Source of the DNA: Candidatus Jordarchaeales archaeon
GTDB lineage: Archaea; Asgardarchaeota; Jordiarchaeia; Jordiarchaeales; Freyrarchaeaceae
Direction of reading: 5' to 3'
DNA: 32,000 nucleotides
Assembly: GCA_038858525.1 (NCBI GenBank)
Contig: JAWCFL010000005.1
Location: 47,942-79,941, forward strand
This document shows positions 8,287 to 16,867 of the stretch, in pieces (within the stretch, counting starts at the first letter, position 1; the number at the start of each line of letters is the position of its first letter). The position numbers and the translations under genes were made by a program. The notes under the pieces are model-generated. The model searched no databases, had not been told where the DNA came from, and was given only the letters and a program-made list of their open reading frames with translations.

Positions 8287-9715
8287 CTCTCATCCCTCCA
8301 ACGAGCATCCTACTACACCTTATGTGTGGCCCGCCATCCCCCACGTTTACTGTTTGGCCTTTGCCGCACCACCCAACGTTGAGCTTAAAGTCATTTCCAA
8401 CAGCATCAACGTGCATGAGCGTCTCAAGCGTGTTCCCGCTAATGGAAAGGTTCCTAACAGGCCTGCCCACCTCCCCGTTCACCACCTCGTAAGCCCTCTG
8501 GACGCCAACCTGAAATGTCCCGTCAAGGTTCGCCTGCCCACCTCTAAAGCTCTCAAGAAGATAACCGAATGATAAGTCCTCGATCATCTCTTCAAGCGTC
8601 CAGTCTCCGGGAGCTATACAAGTGTTCCTCATTCTCACAAGTGGAGGGACTCTAAAACTTTCAGCCCTAGCGTTCCCCGTAGGTTTAGTGTTAAACTCCT
8701 CATCCACCTTAAGGTGAAGCCTATCAACCATCTTTTGAATCTTGGCAGCGGTCTCCCTATCATACATCAACCCGACCACACGTCCCTCCTTCACTATCAC
8801 GCTTTTTTGCGCCTTCACCCCCTCATCATCATACCTGAAGCTTCCAAAGCCCCCCTCTATTGTCGCGTCGTCGAATATGTTCACCAGAGGTGAGGCAACT
8901 TTTTCTCCCAGCTTACAAAGAAGTAGTCCGCCTGCAAGCGCTGAGTCAGCTTCCGCAAGGTGTCCAAATGCTTCGTGAACCAGCACGCCCGTCACGTTCG
9001 GCCCCATTACTACAGGGAAAACACCCCCCTTCGGAGTGACCGCATCCAACTGTTCAAGGAGAGCACGTGAAATTCTCTCTGCAAGCTCATCGGGCGGATT
9101 CTCTCTCCAAACCTTGAATCCTTTAATTGACCCTAACTCCTCCCTGTAAGTGGCGTAAATGCTTCCTTCCTTTGCAGTAGCCACAGCCCTACCCCAAACA
9201 TACAGCACGTCCTGAACTATTCTCGCCCCATCGCTATTAAAGTACCATTTTTTTCCGTAAACGTCGCTGTAGCTGAAGTTGAAGCTTTTGATTCTGTCAC
9301 TAGAAGAAAATATGGCTCTTCCAAGCTTCAAAAACATCTCTATCTTGTCGTCTATTTCCACATCGGCAGGATTCTCGTCGGCCTTCACATACACCCTATC
9401 CACGGACGCCTCAACGTCAGCTAGCTCCACACTCTCCTTAACCGCCCGACTCGCCGCGGTAGCCAGCTTCACCGCGCTCGTACAAGCCTCCCTCAGCCTC
9501 TCAAGACTACTAGTGGATGCAAATCCCCATGCTCCACTTGATATTACACGTATGGAGAATCCACGGTCAACTCCCTGTTTCACTGCTCTAACGCGCTCAT
9601 CCTCTATCTCCAACGATGTTTCCATGAGCTCTTCTCCTCTGATTTCCACGTAGCTGGCCCCTAGACTAAGTCCGTAGTCAACTGTTCTTATCAGTTCATC
9701 CTCCATTGATGCCAC
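8279..9715 (-). CDS. tldD: TldD family metalloprotease
   Basis: HEAFGHLAEAD (HExxxH), RYDDEG, GNARA...RMRNT, GWCGKGQ..VGDGGPH. Confidence 0.92.
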   Translation of the reverse strand: MASMEDELIRTVDYGLSLGASYVEIRGEELMETSLEIEDERVRAVKQGVDRGFSIRVISSGAWGFASTSSLERLREACTSAVKLATAASRAVKESVELADVEASVDRVYVKADENPADVEIDDKIEMFLKLGRAIFSSSDRIKSFNFSYSDVYGKKWYFNSDGARIVQDVLYVWGRAVATAKEGSIYATYREELGSIKGFKVWRENPPDELAERISRALLEQLDAVTPKGGVFPVVMGPNVTGVLVHEAFGHLAEADSALAGGLLLCKLGEKVASPLVNIFDDATIEGGFGSFRYDDEGVKAQKSVIVKEGRVVGLMYDRETAAKIQKMVDRLHLKVDEEFNTKPTGNARAESFRVPPLVRMRNTCIAPGDWTLEEMIEDLSFGYLLESFRGGQANLDGTFQVGVQRAYEVVNGEVGRPVRNLSISGNTLETLMHVDAVGNDFKLNVGWCGKGQTVNVGDGGPHIRCSRMLVGGMRVE

Positions 9716-9797
9716 CTCTGGATAAGGAATATTAACCTAGAAATAAAGCTGTTTGTAGGCGTTTCAGTTAGGGCTTCACAGCTGGAGGTTCAAATGG

Positions 9798-10631
9798 TTG
9801 CGTGGCTCCATCACCGTAGCCGCCATTCAATTGAAGAAGGCTGACAACAAAGAGGAAAACTTCAGGAACGTTTCCAGACTTGTTAACGAAACTGTTAGAA
9901 GAGGAAACGTGGACCTTGTATGTCTTCCTGAGAAGTGGAACATCAAGGAGGGCAACCCTCTCACGGACTCTGAAAGCCCTGATGGTCCCAGCATAAGGCT
10001 CCTAGAGTCTATCGCTGAGGAGTATGGAGTCTACGTGCTCGGCGGCTCAGTGTGGGAGAAATGGAACGGGAAGGTCTACAACGTTTCCCGCCTCATGGAT
10101 AGGTCAGGCAGATGCATCGGTGTTCATCGGAAGATCCACCTTTACGGCATGGAGAAGCAGTTCTTCGAGCCGGGTAACAGCCTCGAGCCATGCGAAACAG
10201 AATTCGGTAAGGTGGGCCTAACGGTGTGCTTTGACCTAGCCTTCCCCGAAGTTGCAAGAATTCTCACCCTCAAAGGAGCTGATATCATATTGAACCCCGC
10301 CTTCATACCCTCAGACGGCGTGGAGAACTGGCATATTTACGTGAAGGCTAGAGCATTAGAGAACAGGGTTCCCGTTGTCGGAATAAATTCTGTAAGTTTC
10401 GAAAGGGGGGTCAGCTGGCCTGGGGAAAGCATAATAGTTGGCTTCCATGAAGGGTACGAGTCTCCAGCTAAATTAAATGTCCTCGTCGGGAAGAGGAGTG
10501 AAGAAGACATATTAATTCAGAAAGTCGACTTGGATTATCCGCGCCACATCAGGGCGATCCGTCTATCCGAAAGAGCAAAAATAATAGATGAGCTTTTAAG
10601 TCTCGCAGCGCGGAAACATTTTTTAGTTTAA
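9798..10631 (+). CDS. Carbon-nitrogen hydrolase (nitrilase superfamily)
   Basis: E-K-C triad in CLPE, HRKIHL and VCFDLAFPE; also ARALEN. Confidence 0.9.
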   Translation: MRGSITVAAIQLKKADNKEENFRNVSRLVNETVRRGNVDLVCLPEKWNIKEGNPLTDSESPDGPSIRLLESIAEEYGVYVLGGSVWEKWNGKVYNVSRLMDRSGRCIGVHRKIHLYGMEKQFFEPGNSLEPCETEFGKVGLTVCFDLAFPEVARILTLKGADIILNPAFIPSDGVENWHIYVKARALENRVPVVGINSVSFERGVSWPGESIIVGFHEGYESPAKLNVLVGKRSEEDILIQKVDLDYPRHIRAIRLSERAKIIDELLSLAARKHFLV

Positions 10632-10665
10632 GATAATATGATGAGCTGAAGCGGAGGCAAAAACT

Positions 10666-10938
10666 ATGGGCAAGAGAATGAAGCAACAGGAAAAGGTGGT
10701 CGAAAAGGAAGTGCGTAAAATACTGGTTGATGAAGCAACACTTGAATCTATTGAGAAAGAAGTTCCGAAAATGAAAGTCATAACGCCAAGTGAAGTATCT
10801 GACAAGTACGGCGTAAGGGTCAGCGTTGCAAAGTCAATCCTGAAACGCCTAGAAGAAAAAGGCCTCATAAAACTGGTGTCTTCCGACAGGAGGCTCAAAG
10901 TCTGGACTGGGGCAAGAGCTGAAGCAGCTGCAGGCTAA
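10666..10938 (+). CDS. rps25e: Ribosomal protein eS25
   Basis: KEVPKMKVITPSEVSDKYGVRVSVAKSILKRLEEKGLIK winged-helix signature. Confidence 0.9.
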   Translation: MGKRMKQQEKVVEKEVRKILVDEATLESIEKEVPKMKVITPSEVSDKYGVRVSVAKSILKRLEEKGLIKLVSSDRRLKVWTGARAEAAAG

Positions 10939-11489
10939 AGTTTGACTGTGGATAAAGCCTCATCAAACGCCCTCACTTGTTCCTCGCTTACATCACACAA
11001 AATCACTTTTTTCAGCTTTGTTCCCGAGTCAACATGCCGAAAAAGTGCCTTAACCATCCTCTTAGCAGCCTCGTCCTTCGGAACCCCTCCAACCCCTGTC
11101 CCTAAAGCAGGTACCGCTATAGACTCAACCTCCAGCTCCTCAGCGCACCTAAGCGCGGCTTCCATGGCCATCTCAACTTTCCTAGGTGTGGTAATCATGC
11201 CCGGCTCCTCCATTGTTGGTGCGTGGATCACGTACTTCGCCTTAAGTCTCCCTGCTGTTGAGGCCACGGCTTGGCCCACAGGTACAAAAGGTTCGCCTCT
11301 CTCGTTTTTTGGCGCCCTTCTTCGTGCGTCCTCCTCTATTTCGACGCCGCCAGCTCTCCTAATAGCTCCTGCTACCCCACCCCCCATCCACAAATGGCTG
11401 TTAGCGGCGTTAACTATCGCGTCTACCTCAAGCTTAGTTATGTCTCCTAAATAAGTTTCAATCCTTAAATTCTTATACTCATAATTCAA
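10935..11489 (-). CDS. Macro domain protein (ADP-ribose binding/hydrolase, Af1521-like)
   Basis: GDIT, DAIVNAAN...GGGVAGAI, VIHAPT, PALGTGVGG. Confidence 0.92.
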   Translation of the reverse strand: MNYEYKNLRIETYLGDITKLEVDAIVNAANSHLWMGGGVAGAIRRAGGVEIEEDARRRAPKNERGEPFVPVGQAVASTAGRLKAKYVIHAPTMEEPGMITTPRKVEMAMEAALRCAEELEVESIAVPALGTGVGGVPKDEAAKRMVKALFRHVDSGTKLKKVILCDVSEEQVRAFDEALSTVKL

Positions 11490-11505
11490 CTCCCTCTAAC
11501 CTCCT

Positions 11506-11985
11506 TCATACTTTTCTCTCCTCAACTTTCTTTTTTCTACTTTTTCTAAGCTCTCTGTTTTGAGAAGCTATTAAGAGAAGGAAGCTTATAACAATAAAGA
11601 AAGCACCCACCGCCTCCGGCATTGTTAACAACGAAGCAATAACCACAATTACTGGTTGCGCTAGGAGCGCATGGTAAATATACCTCCAAAACTTGTTCAC
11701 CTGCCACACCATAAACAAGTTAAAAGCCGTCAACCCTATGGAGAACACTGTTTGCGAGGTATAGAGCGGAAGCAGGCTGGAAGCTGAAGCGTAAACTAAG
11801 GAGATTAGTACCACTTCTTCCGGCGAACTGAATGCGGCACCTAACAGCAGCGCCTCTCCCCTTATCACACTTACACTCGAAAGCAGAGTATAAGCTGTGA
11901 AGGAAAAGAAAGCTGCATATGCTGCTTCAGCAACCAGGAGTAGCATAACTAGATTTAACACAGTTTTCCTCTCCAATTCAATCAC
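11506..11985 (-). CDS. Small membrane protein of unknown function
   Basis: Four to five hydrophobic segments and a basic C-terminal tail. Confidence 0.7.
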   Translation of the reverse strand: MIELERKTVLNLVMLLLVAEAAYAAFFSFTAYTLLSSVSVIRGEALLLGAAFSSPEEVVLISLVYASASSLLPLYTSQTVFSIGLTAFNLFMVWQVNKFWRYIYHALLAQPVIVVIASLLTMPEAVGAFFIVISFLLLIASQNRELRKSRKKKVEERKV

Positions 11986-12205
11986 CCTTTCTCCCTATTA
12001 ATCGTGGTTTCGCTTTCTGTATTTTCTCTACTTTCCTTAAAAACATACCTTCCGAGCGAAGGTATATAAGAGCACGTCACATAATGCTTCATCCCTCTTT
12101 CATTAGGAAGGTTTAAAAACACCAACAACTCCTTTCTTATTTAAGGAGTCTTCAAAGTGTTTCTGTTGGTTTTTAATGGTAAATGAAAAAGGGAGGGCGT
12201 TTCTA

Positions 12206-12523
12206 ATGGCGGCCAAACAAAAGGGAAAAGGTTCTGAGGAAAAAAGTTCTTCAACGGAAAATATGGTTTTTGTGGGTAAAAAGCCGACAATGAGTTATGT
12301 TTTGGCATGTGTGATGCAGCTTAGCCAAGGCGCCAACGAGGTGAGAGTCGTAGCGCGTGGCAGAGCAATATCTAAGGCAGTGGACGTAGTGGAAATTGTG
12401 AGGCAACGTTTCATGCCTGACTCTGTAAAGCTGGGCGAAATAAAAATTGGAACAGAGATCATAGGCTCAGGCGATGACCAGCGCAATGTCTCAACGATAG
12501 AGATCGAATTGAAAAAAGTATAG
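12206..12523 (+). CDS. albA: DNA/RNA-binding protein Alba
   Basis: [41 protein letters not shown] 12206 chosen; the ORF track starts at 12176. Confidence 0.93.
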   Translation: MAAKQKGKGSEEKSSSTENMVFVGKKPTMSYVLACVMQLSQGANEVRVVARGRAISKAVDVVEIVRQRFMPDSVKLGEIKIGTEIIGSGDDQRNVSTIEIELKKV

Positions 12524-12542
12524 TTCTCCGGGGAAAGATAGT

Positions 12543-12746
12543 TTGATAGTTGTCGAGAAGGTTAAACGGAATGACGTAAAGTGCGGATTGTGCGGCGCCC
12601 CCCTCACATTCACTCTTATTTGGGAAAACGGAAAATACGCTTGGATATACGAGTGCGAGAACTGCTCGCCTCATCATCAGCCAAAGAAGGACTTAGGGGA
12701 GGAAATAAGGGAGGAATTCGTTAATAGACTTGTGAGGTCATGGTGA
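12543..12746 (+). CDS. Small CxxC...CxxC zinc-ribbon protein
   Basis: CGLC and CENC pairs in 67 aa; fills the gap between Alba and the YkgJ gene. Confidence 0.65.
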   Translation: MIVVEKVKRNDVKCGLCGAPLTFTLIWENGKYAWIYECENCSPHHQPKKDLGEEIREEFVNRLVRSW

Positions 12747-12749
12747 CTC

Positions 12750-13331
12750 TTGAAGTTTGAGTGCTTGAAGTGCGGGCGTTGTTGTAAGGACGAAAAAACA
12801 ATAGTCACATTAACACACAGGGATTTGATTAGACTCGCCGAAGCCATAGAGATGGATGAAAAAGAACTCGTGAAACATGTTCTCGTTTTCTATCAAGTTA
12901 ATGAAGACACTGAAGCGTTTCTCGCCTTTCCCTCTATAGAGACTTATAGAGGGAAAGCGATCATGGGTTTAAGAAAGAGGAAGGATGGGTCATGCATCTT
13001 TCTAGAAGAAAACACTTGCAGCGTTTACCCGTCGCGTCCTATGACTTGTAGAACGTTTCCCTTCACGTTCTCCGTTCAAGATGGGTGGCTAAAGTATGGT
13101 GTGGCAACTAGGGCCAAAGACATATGCCCGGGAATAGGGAAAGGCATGGAGATAGATGAAAACCAACTAGCCGAAATAGGGTGGAAAGCGGTTACCGAGC
13201 TTAAAGAGTACTTTAGAATTGCTGCCTTGTGGAAGAGAGCTGTTCGGAGCGGCGTCCCGGCAATCCCCGAACTGCTAATTAAGCTTATACTCCAAAGTGG
13301 GGGCAAAGAGGAGGTCGCAATAAAGCGATAA
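12750..13331 (+). CDS. YkgJ/UPF0153 family cysteine-cluster protein
   Basis: FECLKCGRCC, CIFL...CSVYPSRPMTCRTFPF, CPG. Confidence 0.88.
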   Translation: MKFECLKCGRCCKDEKTIVTLTHRDLIRLAEAIEMDEKELVKHVLVFYQVNEDTEAFLAFPSIETYRGKAIMGLRKRKDGSCIFLEENTCSVYPSRPMTCRTFPFTFSVQDGWLKYGVATRAKDICPGIGKGMEIDENQLAEIGWKAVTELKEYFRIAALWKRAVRSGVPAIPELLIKLILQSGGKEEVAIKR

Positions 13332-13390
13332 CGCGCAGCACATGGAAAGCACCCGGAAACTCGAGCCAAATAATTATGGGAGACCATGTT

Positions 13391-13798
13391 CTACTCCGCT
13401 AGCTCTACCCGGATCTTTGTTCCCTGTTTTACTTGGCGGAAGAGCTCGAGTCCCTTAATTATTATTCCTACTGGATTCACCTCGGAGTATGGTTTGATCT
13501 TATCATAGAAGATGCAGAGTGCATCCCCCATTGGCCAGTAAGCTATTTCGCCCACTTCGATTTCCTTCCTTGCCTTTTCCGCTCCTTTTTTTATTCCAAC
13601 CGGGAAGTAAACTTCTTTCCCCTGCCATACACTTGCATTACTTGTTATTGGAAGGGCGCCGAGAAGTGCTTCCACAGTTATTGGTGCCTTCAGCCTGTTA
13701 AGCTCCCCCTCGGCTTCCCCCACCCCCTCTATAATAAAACGTACCCTAAACCTGCTTAGCTTGCTAGACACCTCGGATCCCCCCAAACGAATTCCCAT
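13391..13798 (-). CDS. Cyclophilin-like fold protein (DUF369/TM1367-like)
   Basis: APITVEAL, WQGKEVYF, GEIAYWPMGDALCIFY, VNPVG. The true start may lie a few codons downstream. Confidence 0.8.
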   Translation of the reverse strand: MGIRLGGSEVSSKLSRFRVRFIIEGVGEAEGELNRLKAPITVEALLGALPITSNASVWQGKEVYFPVGIKKGAEKARKEIEVGEIAYWPMGDALCIFYDKIKPYSEVNPVGIIIKGLELFRQVKQGTKIRVELAE

Positions 13799-13873
13799 TT
13801 CCTTTTAACAGTTTTTCCGCGAGTAGGCAAATCAAAAACAAAAATGGAAAGAAGTTAAGAGAAACCTACACTT

Positions 13874-15643
13874 TTACTTTTTGATCTTCTCTGTTAGCTT
13901 CTCGCACGGGACAACTGTAACCTTCCAGCCTGTGACCTTCTCAATTTTTTCTTTGATGGGAGCTGCTTCTTCCGGCACAATGAGTTCCCTGTGACTAACC
14001 TTCTTCTCTACGTCCTCTCTCTGCATGAAGGCCTTAACAGTTTCTTCAGTGAGTTTCTTCGCTTCTACAGCTTCCTTGACAGGTAACCCGTCGGCATCAA
14101 CTACCAGGATCCATGCACTTATGCCTTCATTCATAAGTGGTACCTTCACTCTGTAGAAATCTTTTATGTTGTTCGTAACCAGTATAACTGGCGATTTTTC
14201 ATCGGGGTCCCCAGTATATCTTATCCCGTCACGCGGCCTGTACTTGCTTTTAAGGAAGTCTGGTATTGAGCCCGAGTCCTTGGGTCCAACATAGACGTCC
14301 CATCCACTTGCGTCCTCGAGTTCACCCGCGAACCTCGCTGCGAGGCCAGGTATTATTAGCGCCCTATGTCTTACCTTCTCTGCGACCTTGTACTCATTAA
14401 TCGCATCAGCTATCTTAGCGGCATTCAGCTGGCCTCCGGCTGCGGATGCTTCAACTCCTATTCCCTCAGTATTTATTATCACGAGCCAAGCGTCGATCTT
14501 AGACTGCTCCAAGTCTGACCTCACAACTGAGGCTGTGGATGCATAGTTAGTTGTTATCATTACTGGGCTGTCCTCATTCGGGTTGCCTACTGCAAAGAGT
14601 CCAGGCTCGACTGCAGGATGTATTCTCGGGTCTGTGTAAATGTTCTGCCTTAACGTGGCTAACGTGAGGAACGTCCACAACTCCTTGGAGTTTATTATTA
14701 AGAGGTCGGCATACCTGCATATGAGCGCAGCCGCCAGAAACGTCTCTTTAAACGCCGTCTCCAGCTTCTCTCCTTCAGATGCCTCCTCCTTTCCTATCCA
14801 GAGGGTTGCCGGTACTCCGACTAGGGGCCAGCCTACGAGTTTATCTCCTCTTTCTATTGCAGCCCTTCTGAGCATTGTGAAGCTGTCTATGGTGTCCGCA
14901 AGAACTCCCTCACCCCATGCTGTTCCCGGGTCTAATGCAACCTGTATTCCGGCACTTGAGAGGGTAGCTGAAAGGGATTTGAGCGTATCAAGATCTCCCG
15001 GAGACGTCACCACGACAGGGCATCCTGCGTTAAGGGCAATTTCAGCCACTTCTCTCCAATTATCTCTAGTTGCTGCATAGAGTAGTGGCTTCCTGCCCTT
15101 CACCACTTCAACACCTGCCCTGAGGCAAGCTGGGTCGAGCGAGCAGAGTATTAACGGGAGCTTCGTGTTTTCAGCGACGAGCTTGACTGCTTTAGCGAAC
15201 TTAGCCGGGTCCCTTGAAACAGACTTTACAGCTACCGCGTCAAGTTTCAGGCTGGCACCGACCCTGAACACTGTCCATCCATCTATCAGCTTCACGTTTT
15301 TTATGAGCTCCTCCTCGGTCATCTCGTCATGGACACAGACAGCTATAGCGGTCGGGTTGAAGTAAGTTAGTTCATGCCTGTACATCACTTCTTCTCCGCC
15401 TATAGTCACCTCGTTCCCATCACCGCCAAATTTCACCGGCCTAACGGGGGGCGTGACGAGCTCCTTAAGATCTTTAAATGCTTTCTTAAGCTTCGGGTCA
15501 GTCGCCAAGGGTTTGCAGTCCTCTACCTCCAACTCGTGCTCGATCAACTTGTAGGCGAAAGCCATGCAGCTCTCCAAACCACACTCGCCACAATTAGTCT
15601 TAGGAAGATAGTTGTATATGTCTAATGGCTTTAGGCGCGCCAT
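13874..15643 (-). CDS. cdhE: ACDS gamma subunit (corrinoid Fe-S protein large subunit) with an extra C-terminal domain
   Basis: LPKTNCGECGLESCMAFA...C..L Fe-S motif, GGEEVMYRHE, YTDPR, SPVMITTN, GPKD. Confidence 0.93.
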   Translation of the reverse strand: MARLKPLDIYNYLPKTNCGECGLESCMAFAYKLIEHELEVEDCKPLATDPKLKKAFKDLKELVTPPVRPVKFGGDGNEVTIGGEEVMYRHELTYFNPTAIAVCVHDEMTEEELIKNVKLIDGWTVFRVGASLKLDAVAVKSVSRDPAKFAKAVKLVAENTKLPLILCSLDPACLRAGVEVVKGRKPLLYAATRDNWREVAEIALNAGCPVVVTSPGDLDTLKSLSATLSSAGIQVALDPGTAWGEGVLADTIDSFTMLRRAAIERGDKLVGWPLVGVPATLWIGKEEASEGEKLETAFKETFLAAALICRYADLLIINSKELWTFLTLATLRQNIYTDPRIHPAVEPGLFAVGNPNEDSPVMITTNYASTASVVRSDLEQSKIDAWLVIINTEGIGVEASAAGGQLNAAKIADAINEYKVAEKVRHRALIIPGLAARFAGELEDASGWDVYVGPKDSGSIPDFLKSKYRPRDGIRYTGDPDEKSPVILVTNNIKDFYRVKVPLMNEGISAWILVVDADGLPVKEAVEAKKLTEETVKAFMQREDVEKKVSHRELIVPEEAAPIKEKIEKVTGWKVTVVPCEKLTEKIKK

Positions 15644-15657
15644 AACAATCTCTCCCT

Positions 15658-16854
15658 CTAAACTCTAGCCGTAACCCAGTTGAGAAGCGGAGGGATCTCC
15701 TCCTTTTTTTGTGAGGAAAGATATTCTATGAATGTCTTGAAGATCTGTGCACTTGCAGGATGAATCATCATGAAAACATCGCAGCCCACTAGTGCCAGGG
15801 CTAAAGCCGTTACGGCTTCCCATATCGGCCCCCTGAACCTTTGCATGCCCCACTCGGCTCCCTTCTTCTTGTCGCTCATGAAGGCCTCCCTAGCACCCCA
15901 GGCGTTAGTGGTTCCGGAGGAGAGTGGCATCTGCAAGTCGGCATCGCCCCTTAACGCCGAGAGCCTGATCCTCTCATATATGCTAAATGAATACTCCAGC
16001 CCATAACCAAGCGCAGCAGTTGTGGCGTCCTGCACTATCCTGTTCTTAGGCAATCCAGCTTCTAGTATAAGCTTGTTAAGCTTCTTCTGGTTGTTCACGT
16101 CCAGCTGGGTCCAGGATAGAACGTTGTGACCATATTTCTTGGCTGCCTCAACTATTCGCTTCCAGTCAAGATTTAGCGACGCCGAGTTAAGCATTAGCCT
16201 CTCGCCCTCTGAAACCGCGGCGGCGGCCTCGAGAACCTCCGGGTCTTTGTCAGGGTTCCCTGAACCTCCTATGAGGATCGGCGTGTCAACGGCCTGAAGC
16301 ACATCCTCTATAACCTTAGCAGCCTCCTTAGCAGGAGTGTTTTTAATGTATGGGTCAGTACTTATGAGGTGCACCGTGACTAAGTCTGCACCGAACTCGT
16401 TGACCGCTTTCTTAGCCCAATCCGCCGGGTCACTCATGACGTCCTCGAAGTGCTCCGTTACAGGCTTCGGAAGGCTGATTGGCATGTCGAAAACGTCGAA
16501 AGTCACAACAGGTCTATTTGGGTTCATAAACTCAAACCTATAAAATGCGGGTGCCTTCTCGCCGCCAATCTTAACAACTTTTTTGCGGCTACCCCCCTCA
16601 GCTTTTGTGGCCCCAAACTGAACCTCAACTATCTCGCCTGGGTACTTCTCAATAGGGAGCTCGAACTTTTGCTCAATGAGGGAAGTGGGGATTCTAGCTT
16701 TAGCAGCAGGTGGAAGCGCCGCAGCGAGCATTCCCGGTATAACTCTAAAGACCAGCTCTTCAGCCTCTAATGTAACGTCCTCCAGCTCCAGCTCTTCGTA
16801 TTCCCCTAGAATTTCCAATATTCTTTTACCTAATGCTGTTTCGTCATCGACCAT
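15658..16854 (-). CDS. cdhD: ACDS delta subunit (corrinoid Fe-S protein small subunit)
   Basis: IGGEKAPAFYRFE, DPADWAK, GGSGNPDKDPEVLE, ALGYGLEYS, NAWGAREA. ATG 16854 follows GGAGCG. Confidence 0.93.
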   Translation of the reverse strand: MVDDETALGKRILEILGEYEELELEDVTLEAEELVFRVIPGMLAAALPPAAKARIPTSLIEQKFELPIEKYPGEIVEVQFGATKAEGGSRKKVVKIGGEKAPAFYRFEFMNPNRPVVTFDVFDMPISLPKPVTEHFEDVMSDPADWAKKAVNEFGADLVTVHLISTDPYIKNTPAKEAAKVIEDVLQAVDTPILIGGSGNPDKDPEVLEAAAAVSEGERLMLNSASLNLDWKRIVEAAKKYGHNVLSWTQLDVNNQKKLNKLILEAGLPKNRIVQDATTAALGYGLEYSFSIYERIRLSALRGDADLQMPLSSGTTNAWGAREAFMSDKKKGAEWGMQRFRGPIWEAVTALALALVGCDVFMMIHPASAQIFKTFIEYLSSQKKEEIPPLLNWVTARV

Positions 16855-16867
16855 TAACGCTCCCTTC

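Noticed and set aside
8690-8745. Roughly 15-aa insertion in TldD (IQKMVDRLHLKVDEE) with palindrome CACCTTAAGGTG as a possible intron
   Set aside because: It has no stop and no 4-bp central helix between exon end and insert end, and it reads as an amphipathic helix, so it is a protein-level insertion.
10638-10649. ATGATGA-G-CTGA (C and D boxes) upstream of rps25e
   Set aside because: The boxes are 1 nt apart, too close for a K-turn or K-loop, and there is no guide.
1034-12523. Deacetylase, macro domain and Alba as a lysine-acetylation system
   Set aside because: The genes are kilobases apart in different transcription units, all are common, and nothing in the sequence links them.
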